A stretch of DNA of 64,000 bases, taken from contig OY759729.1 of the NCBI GenBank assembly GCA_963662585.1, forward strand, positions 3,232,031 to 3,296,030. Direction: 5' to 3'. Below the pieces are notes generated by a model, which was not told the DNA's origin, did not search any database, and saw only the letters and a program-made list of their open reading frames with translations. Origin of the DNA: Candidatus Cloacimonadales bacterium. GTDB lineage: Bacteria > Cloacimonadota > Cloacimonadia > Cloacimonadales > JAFGVF01. Numbering within the stretch: position 1 is the first letter of the stretch; each line of letters begins with the position of its first letter. The position numbers were made by a program, and so were the translations under genes. Positions 50,294 through 64,000 of this stretch are shown piece after piece.

Positions 50294-51506
50294 AGAAAAA
50301 GCTACAACAGAAAAGACAGCACCTAAGAAAACTGAAAAAACAGAACTAAAAGTTGAAAAGGTAGTTACTAAAGCTGTTATTATGCAAGGTAATGAAGCAG
50401 TCGCAAAAGGAGCTTTGGCTGCAGGATGTGATTTCTTCGCCGGCTACCCTATCACTCCTTCTACTGAAGTTGCTGAAATTTTATCTAATGAATTACCTAA
50501 AATTGGTGGTACTTTTATCCAAATGGAAGATGAAATTGCAAGTATGTGTGCTATTATTGGTGCCTCACTATCAGGAGCAAAAGCTCTAACAGCTACAAGT
50601 GGTCCTGGATTCTCCTTAATGCAAGAAGCAATTGGCTTTGCTAAAATTACAGAGACTCCTACAGTAGTAGTTAATGTTCAAAGAATGGGACCGAGTACTG
50701 GAATGCCTACAAGTCCTGGACAAGGTGATATTATGCAATCTCGTTGGGGTTCACATGGTGATGCTCCAGCAATTGTTCTCTATCCAGACTCAGTTAAAGA
50801 AGCTTTCCAGCTAACCATTAGAGCCTTCAACTTAGCTGAAAAATACCGTACTTTAGTTGTTTTACTCATGGATGAAGTATTAGGTCACATGCGTGAAGCT
50901 GTTACTCTTCCTGATTTATCAACTGTGAGAGTTATTAACAGAATTAAACCAACTGTTCCTCCACAATGGTATAAACACTATGATGAAAATCAAAAATATC
51001 TATCACCTATAGCTAGTTTTGGTGAAGGTTACCGTTTCCATGTTACCGGGTTAACTCACGATGATCACGGATTCCCAACCAACAAACCTAATGAAGCTGC
51101 TAAAATGATGGAAAGATTAAATAAAAAAATTAAGCACAATATCAGAGACCTAGTTCAAATTGAAACTCAACACATGCATGATGCCAAAGTTGCTGTTTTC
51201 GCAGCTGGTATTATGGGTAGAGCTTCTAAGGAAGCTGTTAAAATGGCAAGAGCTGAAGGTATGAAAGTTGGACTTCTCAGACCTTTAACTATCTGGCCTT
51301 TCCCTGATGATGCTGTAACTAAGATGCTTAAAGATGTTGATGCAGTGGTAGTACCTGAACTTAATGAAGGACAACTTTTCCACGAATTAGAAAGATTAGT
51401 TCGTGAAAAAAGAGATAGCAAACTTCATAGATTAAATAGAAATGATGGTACTGTTATAACACCTGCTGAAATATTGATTAAGATTAAGGAGGTTTATAAT
51501 GGCTAA
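50286..51506 (+). CDS. 2-oxoacid:ferredoxin oxidoreductase alpha subunit (KorA/OorA-like)
   Basis: GYPITPS, QMEDE, TATSGPGFSLMQE and RMGPSTG motifs. ATG 50286 follows AAGGAG (ORF track starts at 50256). Confidence 0.93.
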   Translation: MTKEKATTEKTAPKKTEKTELKVEKVVTKAVIMQGNEAVAKGALAAGCDFFAGYPITPSTEVAEILSNELPKIGGTFIQMEDEIASMCAIIGASLSGAKALTATSGPGFSLMQEAIGFAKITETPTVVVNVQRMGPSTGMPTSPGQGDIMQSRWGSHGDAPAIVLYPDSVKEAFQLTIRAFNLAEKYRTLVVLLMDEVLGHMREAVTLPDLSTVRVINRIKPTVPPQWYKHYDENQKYLSPIASFGEGYRFHVTGLTHDDHGFPTNKPNEAAKMMERLNKKIKHNIRDLVQIETQHMHDAKVAVFAAGIMGRASKEAVKMARAEGMKVGLLRPLTIWPFPDDAVTKMLKDVDAVVVPELNEGQLFHELERLVREKRDSKLHRLNRNDGTVITPAEILIKIKEVYNG

Positions 51507-52338
51507 GATACCTCAAAGAAAAATTCATGATTATTTAAGACATGATAAAAAATTCCCACATGTATGGTGTGCTGGTTGTAGTAATGGTATTGTACTTGGT
51601 GCAGTAATCAGAGCTATTGATGAACTAAAATTAAACAGAGATAACATTGTTATGGTTTCAGGAATTGGCTGTTCTTCAAGAATGCCTGTTTATGTAGATT
51701 TTAATACACTGCACTCCTTACACGGAAGAGCTATTGCTTTTGCTACTGGTGTAAAAATGTATAAACCTGGAATGAAAGTTATTGTTATTACTGGTGATGG
51801 TGATGCAACTGCTATCGGTGGTAATCACTTTATCCACGCTGCAAGAAGAAATCTTGATTTAACAGTTGTTGTTCTTAATAATAATATTTATGGTATGACA
51901 GGTGGACAGTACTCTCCTGCTACTCCTCATGGCGATAAAGCTACCACAACTCCTTATGGAAACATTGATCCTAATTTCGATATCTGTAAATTAGCAATCG
52001 GTGCTGGTGCCTCCCATGTTTCAAGAACTACTGCTTTCCATGCTATTGAACTTCAAAAATATATCAAAGAAGCTCTCGAACATCCTGGATTTTCTTTAGT
52101 AGAAGCTATTTGTGCTTGCCCTGTTATTTATGGCAGATTAAATAAGAAAGGTGATGCTCCTGCTATGATGAGAAATATGAGAGATAATACAATCCCAATT
52201 AAAGCTGCTGAGAAATTACCACCTGAACAAACTGCAGGCAAAATTCTTAGAGGAACATTTATTCAAGAAATTAGACCTGAATATACTGCTGCCTATAAGG
52301 TTTTACAAGATAAATTCAGTTCAAAGGAAGGTGAATAA
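51499..52338 (+). CDS. 2-oxoacid:ferredoxin oxidoreductase beta subunit (TPP-binding)
   Basis: WCAGC, SGIGCS, HGRA, GDGD and YGMTGGQ motifs. Confidence 0.93.
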   Translation: MAKIPQRKIHDYLRHDKKFPHVWCAGCSNGIVLGAVIRAIDELKLNRDNIVMVSGIGCSSRMPVYVDFNTLHSLHGRAIAFATGVKMYKPGMKVIVITGDGDATAIGGNHFIHAARRNLDLTVVVLNNNIYGMTGGQYSPATPHGDKATTTPYGNIDPNFDICKLAIGAGASHVSRTTAFHAIELQKYIKEALEHPGFSLVEAICACPVIYGRLNKKGDAPAMMRNMRDNTIPIKAAEKLPPEQTAGKILRGTFIQEIRPEYTAAYKVLQDKFSSKEGE

Positions 52339-52892
52339 TGAGTAAGAAGAAAATGCTTAAAGAAATTAGATTCAGTGGTAGCGGTGGACAAGGTTTAATT
52401 CTTGCTGGAATTATTTTAGCTAGAGCTGCTGTGGAAGATGGACTTAATGTTACTCAAACTCAATCCTATGGTCCTGAATCAAGAGGTGGATACTCTAAAG
52501 CTGATGTAGTTCTTAGTAATGAAGATATCAATTACCCTGAAGCTACTAACTTAGATATTTTATTATCATTGACTCAAGAAGCTTGTGATAAATACATCTT
52601 TGATTTAAAAAGAGATGGTGTATTAATTTGTGATACCTCACATGTTAAAAATATCTCTATTATTAATGATAACACTTATGAAGTTCCGTTTACTGAAATA
52701 GCTCAAAAAGAGTTAGGTTCAGAAATACCTACTAATATTTTATCATTAGCTTTTGTTGTAAAGGTTACTAAAGTGGTAAATGAAAAATCTTTAGAATCTG
52801 CAATCAGAGCTTCTGTGAAACCAGCTTTTATAGATCTAAATATTAAAGCAATGAAACTTGGCTTTAAATTAGCTGAAGAATATCAATTTTAG
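52338..52892 (+). CDS. 2-oxoacid:ferredoxin oxidoreductase gamma subunit
   Basis: GSGGQG and QSYGPESRGG motifs. Confidence 0.92.
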   Translation: MSKKKMLKEIRFSGSGGQGLILAGIILARAAVEDGLNVTQTQSYGPESRGGYSKADVVLSNEDINYPEATNLDILLSLTQEACDKYIFDLKRDGVLICDTSHVKNISIINDNTYEVPFTEIAQKELGSEIPTNILSLAFVVKVTKVVNEKSLESAIRASVKPAFIDLNIKAMKLGFKLAEEYQF

Positions 52893-52901
52893 GAATCAAT
52901 T

Positions 52902-53303
52902 ATGATTAAAAATCTAAGCCATATTGGTATTGCTGTCAAAGATCTTGATGAAGCTATTAAAATGTATGAGAGTTTAGGATTAACTTTAGACTCAACTGAA
53001 GAAGTTCCTTCTCAAAAATTAAAAGTTGCTTTCTTCACTATAGGAGATACTAGAATTGAACTCCTTGCTGCTACAGCTGAAGATAGCCCTATCGCTAAAT
53101 TCATCGAAAAGAAAGGAGAAGGTATTCAACATATCGCTCTTGGTGTAGATGATCTTAAAGCTGAGTTACAAGAGAAATCTGAAAAAGGCTTCCAGCTTAT
53201 AGATAAAGAACCAAGACCAGGTGCTCATGGTGCCGATATTGCCTTCTTACATCCTAAGTCGACTAAAGGAGTTCTTGTAGAACTCTGTAAAGATAAACAC
53301 TAA
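52902..53303 (+). CDS. mce: Methylmalonyl-CoA epimerase
   Basis: HIGIAV, RIELL, GEGIQHIA and AFLHPKSTKGVLVEL motifs. Confidence 0.93.
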   Translation: MIKNLSHIGIAVKDLDEAIKMYESLGLTLDSTEEVPSQKLKVAFFTIGDTRIELLAATAEDSPIAKFIEKKGEGIQHIALGVDDLKAELQEKSEKGFQLIDKEPRPGAHGADIAFLHPKSTKGVLVELCKDKH

Positions 53304-53330
53304 TTTGCTATAATAATTAGTTGTAAAATT

Positions 53331-53364
53331 AAGGCGTAAGATTTTTCTTACGCCTTTTCGTTTT
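53331..53364 (+). terminator. Intrinsic terminator after mce
   Basis: AAGGCGTAAGA/TCTTACGCCTT stem followed by a T-tail. Confidence 0.85.
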
Positions 53365-53705
53365 ATTATCTGGAAATGCGGGCATCCCTGCTAGCGACCA
53401 GCAGATAAAGTTGGTGTTTCTACAATCCTACTTATAATAGATTAGCAAACTCTTTAAAATACCCTCTTTATTGCTGTACATTCTCCGAAGTTTAGCAAAG
53501 AGGGATTATCACAATCTTAAATCCCCCTCCGGGAGGGGGACACAGGGATGATTCCAAATTAAAAAAATATAGAAATCTAAAACAAAATTATACTTTAAAA
53601 GAAGACTAAATCTTAACAGATTAAAAAAAATATGAAAAAAGTTTCATCCTAGTTAAATAACTATTTATCAGTTATTAAAAAAAGGCTAATGTCAAGGCCA
53701 TTACT

Positions 53706-53823
53706 ATAAAAAATTAAAAGAAATAAAAAAAGGTATTGACAAGAAAGCAGCTTCCCATAGTTTAGCAAAACCAATGCACGGAAGCAACAAACTTCTCGGA
53801 ACTTGGATTAGATCTTTGAATAA
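53706..53823 (+). promoter_or_regulatory. rRNA operon sigma70 promoter with UP-like A-tracts and boxA-like element
   Basis: TTGACA 53736-53741, 16-bp spacer, TAGTTT 53758-53763; GATCTTTGAA at 53811. Confidence 0.7.
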
Positions 53824-53896
53824 TTTTTAAAATTAAAAAGTTATAGAGTGAATGAATGAAGTAAACTTGCGAGAGACAGGAACACGATTTATATAA

Positions 53897-55435
<1,539 letters not shown>

Positions 55436-55510
55436 TAAAGGAGAAATAGTTTCTTGATAAGTTTACTTTTTCATTCTATAACTAAATAAAAAGTTTAGTT
55501 CTAAGTAAAG

Positions 55511-55587
<77 letters not shown>

Positions 55588-55592
55588 GTAGT

Positions 55593-55668
55593 GGGGGATT
55601 AGCTCAGTTGGGAGAGCACCTGCTTTGCAAGCAGGGGGTCAACGGTTCGAGCCCGTTATTCTCCACCA
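55593..55668 (+). tRNA. tRNA-Ala(TGC)
   Basis: Cloverleaf with anticodon loop TTTGCAA and CCA end, located in the ITS. Confidence 0.97.
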
Positions 55669-55755
55669 TTCTTTATTTTTATCAAACTAAACCAATATAT
55701 AATAATTAAAATTTTACAGTAAATAGAGTGCAATAGAGTGTGTATAATTAATTTT

Positions 55756-58870
<3,115 letters not shown>

Positions 58871-58979
58871 AATATTTTTTATATACACTCTATTATCTCT
58901 TACTGTATAGCAGCAGAAAAGAGAGAAGCACGAAATATACACGCAAGAATTTTAATAATCATTTTTGACAGGGGTCAAA

Positions 58980-59095
58980 GATGGTGGTAATAGCAGTGAG
59001 GATATACCTGTTCCCATACCGAACACAGAAGTCAAGCTCACTCACGTCGATGATACTGCACTGGCAACGGTGTGGGAAAGTAGATAGCCGCCATC
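58980..59095 (+). rRNA. rrf: 5S rRNA
   Basis: CCTGTTCCCATACCGAACACAGAAGTCAAG core, GGGAAAGTAG, and paired termini. Confidence 0.97.
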
Positions 59096-59491
59096 TTTGA
59101 CCCCTGTTTTTGCTACGCAAAATGAGGGGGAGACATAGTGAGGGAGTGAGGGGGAGAAATTTAGTATTGCTTCGAAATGAGAATTTAAACTTTCAACAGG
59201 GGGAAAAGATGAACTACTTCAGGCCGCCATCTTTGACCCCTGCTTTTTTATTATGGAGTGGAGGACCTCTTCTATGGAGTGGAAGCGTCTCTGCTTCCAC
59301 CCTGAAAAGACCATCTTTTCAGGAGATTCAGGAAAACAAGCTTTACCATCTGCAGGCAGTGACGCCTACAGTCCATAGGAGACTTCTTCAGTCGGACGGT
59401 GGAGATTCTCTCAGCAATCTTCAGTCGTAAGACTGAAGATAATAATAATTTTCCAAGTTTCGCAATGTGTTATCAATAGCAGATTAAATTG

Positions 59492-60926
59492 TTTCGTCCG
59501 AAGTCCCTTGCCTAAGGCTGAGGAACTCCGGTCTTCAGCTATTTATGACGGGAGTTGCACACGGAGTAGCGACTTTCGAAAAAGCAGTCTTGAATTGTAT
59601 AAAACAAATCCCTTTGCTTCGTAGGTGCGAAAATATACCAGTTATCATCTTAAACCTAAAAGCAAATCGATATTATCTTTCCATAATCTTAATTGCTATA
59701 AAATCAAAACCATTAGCACTTAGAGAGCGAATAACTACTACTTTATTTATGGAGTGGAAGCGTCTCTGCTTCCACATTAGATAACGGGAGATATTTCTAG
59801 ATTTTTAATCAGTTTAGACACTATTCATCTGTTATTTAGCAATTCACAGCGGAGAAAATCTCCACAATCCGACAGAAGAGGGATTATCACACTCTTAAAT
59901 TCCCTTCTTTAGTGATTAACTGGGGTTACGGACCTTTAGCCCGTGAATCTTAAATTCCCCTCTTTAGTGCTGAAAGCACGATAAAAGAGGGGTGGCTGCG
60001 AAGCAGACGGGGTGTTTTCTACTATGGAGTGGAAGCGTCTCTGCTTCCACATTAGATACTAGGAGAGATTTCTAGATTTTTAATCAGTTTAGACACTATT
60101 CATCTGTTACTTAGCAATTCACAGCGGAGAAAATCTCCACAATCCGACAGAAGAGGGATTATCACACTCTTAAATTCCCTTCTTTAGTGATTAACTGGGG
60201 TTACGGACCTTTAGTCCGTGAATCTTAAATTCCCCTCTTTAGTGCTGAAAGCACGATAAAAGAGGGGTGGCTGCGCAGCAGACGGGGTGTTTTCTTCTAT
60301 GGAGTGGAAGCGTCTCTGCTTCCACATTAGATACTAGGAGAGATTTTTAGATTATTAATCAGCTTAGACACTATTCATCTGTTACTTAGCAATTCACAGC
60401 GGAGAAAATTTCCACAATCCGACAGAAGAGGGATTTTCACACTCTTAAATTCCCTTCTTTAGATGAACTACTTCAGGTTTGCCATCTTTGATCCCTGTCT
60501 TTTTACTAAAAAAAGAGTGAAAAATGAAAAATGATTAGTTTCGCCCGAAGTCCCTTGCCTAGGGCTGAGGAACTCTGGTCTTCAGCTATTTATTTCGCCC
60601 GAAGTCCCTTGCCTACGGCCGAGGAACTCCGGTCTTCAGCTATTTATCACGAGAGTTGCACACGGAGTAGCGACTTCCGACAAAGCAGTCTTGAATTGTA
60701 TAAAACAAATCCCTTTGCTTCGTAGGTGCGAAAATATACCAGTTATCATCTTAAACCTAAAAGCAAATCGATATTATCTTTCCATAATCTTCATTGCTAT
60801 AAAATCAAAACCATTAGCACTTAGAGAGTTTCGCCCGAAGTCCCTTGCCTACGGCCGAGGAACTCCGGTCTTCAGCTATTTACTTCGTCCGAAGTCCCTT
60901 GCTTAGGGCTGAGGAAACTCCAGTCT
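59492..60926. repeat. Five copies of a 54-bp hairpin unit (59492, 60539, 60593, 60829, 60883), two of them followed by a duplicated 182-bp block (59546-59727, 60647-60828)
   Basis: Unit TTTCGYCCGAAGTCCCTTGCCTANGGCYGAGGAACTCYGGTCTTCAGCTATTTA read directly from the sequence; the last copy is degenerate. Confidence 0.9.
59748..60462. repeat. 275-bp tandem repeat, about 2.6 copies (starts 59748, 60023, 60298), built from REP-like hairpins
   Basis: Near-identical units, each starting TATGGAGTGGAAGCGTCTCTGCTTCCAC. Confidence 0.92.
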
Positions 60927-61039
60927 CCCATCTGAGGGAGGGGCACCTACAGTCATGATAAAATTTCTAGCAGGGGATTTCTCTTATCTATACGCGATAG
61001 CAGTAATTTCCCTATTCATAAAACCATTGAAGAAAAATA

Positions 61040-61068
61040 TTGACAAGAGATTAAGTTCAAAATAATGT
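61040..61068 (+). promoter_or_regulatory. Probable sigma70 promoter for the mutase operon
   Basis: TTGACA, 17-bp spacer, TAATGT. Confidence 0.5.
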
Positions 61069-61131
61069 ACAAATAAGTTATAAATTTGCTGAATAATCAA
61101 CAAAAATAGATAAATAACAGGGAGTTAGCTT

Positions 61132-63270
61132 ATGGATAAGGCTCAAGCTAAGCCAACTGAAAAGCTTCTAACCGAATTTATTCCACCAACTTATGAAGAG
61201 TGGAAACAAGCAGTTGAAGCTATGTTAAAAGGTAAGCCGTTTGAAAAAGCGATGTTTACAAATACTTATGAAGATATAGTGTTAAAACCGATTTATCGTC
61301 AAGAAGATGTAGAAAATCTAGCTCATTTAAATGTTTTACCTGGAGAAGTGGGCAGTGCTCGTTCTTCTCAAGTAAGTGGATATTTAAAAGAAGCATGGGC
61401 GGTAGCTCAGGAACAAACAGATTATTTACCTGAAGAAGTAAATGCTACTTTAATGAATGAACTTAACAGAGGATTAACCAAAGTTAATCTCAGAGTTGAT
61501 TCACCTTCTGCTCATGGTAAGAATCCTCAAAAGCTTACAGGTTATGACAGATATCAAGGTACTTCAATTACAACTTTAGAAGATTTAAAAACAGTATTAA
61601 AAGATGTTTCTATAGAGCACATTGCTATTGATATCAATGCCGGCATAATGGCTCCAGCTTATCTTTCTATGTTGAAAGCTATTGCTGAAGAAAGAAACAT
61701 AGATACTAAGCTTCTTTCTGGTTGCATAGGTCTTGATCCGCTAGGGTTACTTGTTACTGATGGTAAATTAGAAACTGATCTCGAGCAGTCTCTTAATTAT
61801 ATGTCTTGCATGACAGATTGGGCAATAAAACATGCTCCAAAAATCAGAACTATCTTGATTGATACTACAAGTTATGGTGATAATGGTGCTACTATTACTC
61901 AAGAGTTAGCCATCGCTTTTAATACTGCAACTTATTATGTAAATGCTTTGCAGGAGAGGGGATTGAAACTTGAAGATATCTTCCAGCATATTCAGTTCAA
62001 TCTTACAATTGGTTCTAATTTCTTCATGGAAATTGCCAAGTTTAGAGCATTCCGCATCTTATGGAATAATTTTATCACTTCTTATGATGAAAAGAGCCAA
62101 GTTAAATCTTTCGTTCATGCAAAAACTTCTGTTTGGAACAAAACTAAATATGATCCTTTCGTGAATATTCTTAGAACTTCTACAGAAACTTTCTCTGCTG
62201 TTTTGGGCGGAATAGATTCTTTACAAATTACTCACTTAGATGAATTAATAGGAAGACCTTCACAATTTACTCGTCGTATAGCAAGAAATCAGCAAATCAT
62301 TATTAATGAAGAAACCAATATGGCAAGATTAATCGATCCTGCTGGTGGTTCTTGGTATATTGAGAGTATGACAGCTGAAGTTGCTGAGAAAGCTTGGGAG
62401 CAATTCCAAACTTACGAAGCTGAAGGTGGGATTTTAGTTTCCTTACAGAACGATTTAATTCAAGACGACATTACAGATGTAGCTGAATTAAAGATGAAAA
62501 ATGTTGGTTCTCGTAAAGATGTAATAATCGGAACTAATATGTTCGCTAACTTAGAAGAGAAGAAGATTGATTTTGCTGAAAATGAATTAGATAAAAAAAT
62601 AGATGCTAGAATAGCTCATATTTTCCACCTTGTTGATCAAAAAGGAAAAGCAAAAGATGGCCAATGTAGCTGCTCTTGTGATAAAAAATGTGATTGTTCT
62701 ACAAGTCATGATAAACATATTCTTGATGATATTAGTGAATTCTTTATCAATAATGGAACTATCGGAGAAGCTTATGCTAACATGTGGAAAAAAGGTGAAA
62801 CACTTGAAGTAACCCCACTTGTGAAGCAAAGAGCATCATCAAAAATTGAAGAACTAAGAGCAAAAATAGAAACTGCAGAAGTAAGACCAACTGTCTTCCT
62901 TGCTAATTACGGACCTTTAGCTCAGTTTAAACCTAGAGCTGATTTCTCTAAAGGATTCTTTGAAGTTGGTGCTTTTGAAGTGCTTGAGAACTTAGGTTAT
63001 TCTAATGTTGATGAAATGGTAAAAGCAGCTTTAGAATCTAATTCAAAGATTATTTGTATCTGCTCAACTGATGATGCTTACACTGAATTTGTGGTTGATT
63101 TTGTTACTAAGCTAAAAGAAAACAATAGTGAATTAACTGTTATTCTCGCAGGTTATCCAAAGGAAGAAATTGCTACTTATAAAGAAGCAGGTGTAGATGA
63201 GTTTATTCATGTAAAAGCTAATTGCTACGCTATTTTAAATAGTCTTTGGACTAAAGTGGGGGTAGAATAA
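61132..63270 (+). CDS. mutA: Methylmalonyl-CoA mutase small (beta) subunit
   Basis: [17 protein letters not shown] and [10 protein letters not shown] motifs; C-terminal B12-like domain lacking DxHxxG (ICSTDDAY). Confidence 0.9.
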   Translation: MDKAQAKPTEKLLTEFIPPTYEEWKQAVEAMLKGKPFEKAMFTNTYEDIVLKPIYRQEDVENLAHLNVLPGEVGSARSSQVSGYLKEAWAVAQEQTDYLPEEVNATLMNELNRGLTKVNLRVDSPSAHGKNPQKLTGYDRYQGTSITTLEDLKTVLKDVSIEHIAIDINAGIMAPAYLSMLKAIAEERNIDTKLLSGCIGLDPLGLLVTDGKLETDLEQSLNYMSCMTDWAIKHAPKIRTILIDTTSYGDNGATITQELAIAFNTATYYVNALQERGLKLEDIFQHIQFNLTIGSNFFMEIAKFRAFRILWNNFITSYDEKSQVKSFVHAKTSVWNKTKYDPFVNILRTSTETFSAVLGGIDSLQITHLDELIGRPSQFTRRIARNQQIIINEETNMARLIDPAGGSWYIESMTAEVAEKAWEQFQTYEAEGGILVSLQNDLIQDDITDVAELKMKNVGSRKDVIIGTNMFANLEEKKIDFAENELDKKIDARIAHIFHLVDQKGKAKDGQCSCSCDKKCDCSTSHDKHILDDISEFFINNGTIGEAYANMWKKGETLEVTPLVKQRASSKIEELRAKIETAEVRPTVFLANYGPLAQFKPRADFSKGFFEVGAFEVLENLGYSNVDEMVKAALESNSKIICICSTDDAYTEFVVDFVTKLKENNSELTVILAGYPKEEIATYKEAGVDEFIHVKANCYAILNSLWTKVGVE

Positions 63271-64000
63271 TGTCAATTAAACCTGATTTTAAAAATATTA
63301 AATTACAAAATAAAAAGAAAGAAACTGATTTATCAAAGTGGCAGAAAGATGTAGAGCAGGAGACTGGAAAATCTTTTGCTAAACTCTACTGGAATACTAA
63401 TGAAAAAATTGCCGTAAAACCACTCTATACACAAGATGATCTTCTTGATATGGAACATCTTGGCTATATGTCTGGGCTTGCACCTAATTTAAGAGGACCT
63501 TATGCATCAATGTATGTTAGTAGACCTTGGACTATTAGACAATATGCAGGTTTCTCTACAGCTGAAGAGTCTAACGCTTTTTATCGTAGAAATTTAGCAA
63601 TGGGTCAAAAAGGTTTATCAATTGCTTTTGACTTAGCCACTCATAGAGGATATGATTCAGACCATGAAAGAGTAGTTGGTGATGTTGGTAAAGCTGGTGT
63701 TGCTGTTGATTCTATTCTTGATATGAAGATTCTTTTTGATAAGATTCCTCTTGATAAAATGTCTGTTTCAATGACCATGAATGGTGCTGTTTTACCAATT
63801 ATGGCTTTCTATATTGTTGCTGCTGAAGAACAAGGTGTTAAATGGGAACAGCTCACAGGTACTATTCAGAATGATATTCTTAAAGAGTATATGGTGAGAA
63901 ATACCTATATTTACAAGCCTGAAGGATCAATGAGAATTATTGCAGATATTTTTGAGTTTACTTCAAAGTTTATGCCAAAATTCAATAGTATATCTATCTC
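63270..64000 (+). CDS. mutB: Methylmalonyl-CoA mutase large (alpha) subunit, 3'-truncated by the window edge; not in the ORF track
   Basis: ATG overlaps the mutA stop (TAATG); translates to [39 protein letters not shown] and [10 protein letters not shown]. Confidence 0.95.
   Translation, partial: MSIKPDFKNIKLQNKKKETDLSKWQKDVEQETGKSFAKLYWNTNEKIAVKPLYTQDDLLDMEHLGYMSGLAPNLRGPYASMYVSRPWTIRQYAGFSTAEESNAFYRRNLAMGQKGLSIAFDLATHRGYDSDHERVVGDVGKAGVAVDSILDMKILFDKIPLDKMSVSMTMNGAVLPIMAFYIVAAEEQGVKWEQLTGTIQNDILKEYMVRNTYIYKPEGSMRIIADIFEFTSKFMPKFNSISI

Noticed and set aside
59110..60906. Short ORFs in the post-5S repeat region (59110, 59545, 60531, 60691)
   Set aside because: They are translations of repeats; the reading frame and start differ between duplicate copies, and no family is recognisable.
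59492..60926. CRISPR array interpretation of the 54-bp or 28-bp repeats
   Set aside because: Units abut directly or are separated by repeated rather than unique sequence; spacing is irregular; no cas genes in the window.
60930..61131. Cobalamin riboswitch upstream of the mutase genes
   Set aside because: No B12-box or other conserved cobalamin riboswitch motifs recognised; the putative promoter leaves only a short leader.

Overview
AT-rich bacterial chromosomal window, most likely from Cloacimonadota (WWE1; inferred from the 16S sequence, the FlgD/T9SS-type tail and gene content). It opens inside a dcw cluster (murE-murF fusion, mraY, murD, ftsW, murG, murC, ftsQ-like, ftsA, ftsZ) that runs into lpxB. 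Housekeeping genes follow: trmFO, hutI, an ABC-F ATPase, a nuclease-FeS helicase, rpsO-pnp-ahcY and upxY-galE-ugd-tadA-tRNA-Ser. Next come a minus-strand four-gene lipid operon (lipocalin, DAK2-DegV fusion, DUF1295, secreted protein), dusB, trmH, an HD-GYP protein, rlmD, thiN, tatD, a four-subunit 2-oxoacid:ferredoxin oxidoreductase and methylmalonyl-CoA epimerase. The window ends with a full rRNA operon (16S-Ile-Ala-23S-5S) and the methylmalonyl-CoA mutase genes. The most notable signals are a ~240-nt structured intervening sequence in 23S helix 45, a 1.7-kb nested repeat mosaic after the 5S gene that includes hollow copies of the 5S closing stem, the lipocalin/FakAB/DUF1295 operon, a cysteine-less HMA lipoprotein, and identical DNA at both Walker A motifs of the ABC-F gene. 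No CRISPR array, integrase or transposase was seen. All product calls come from motif recognition by eye, not from database searches.
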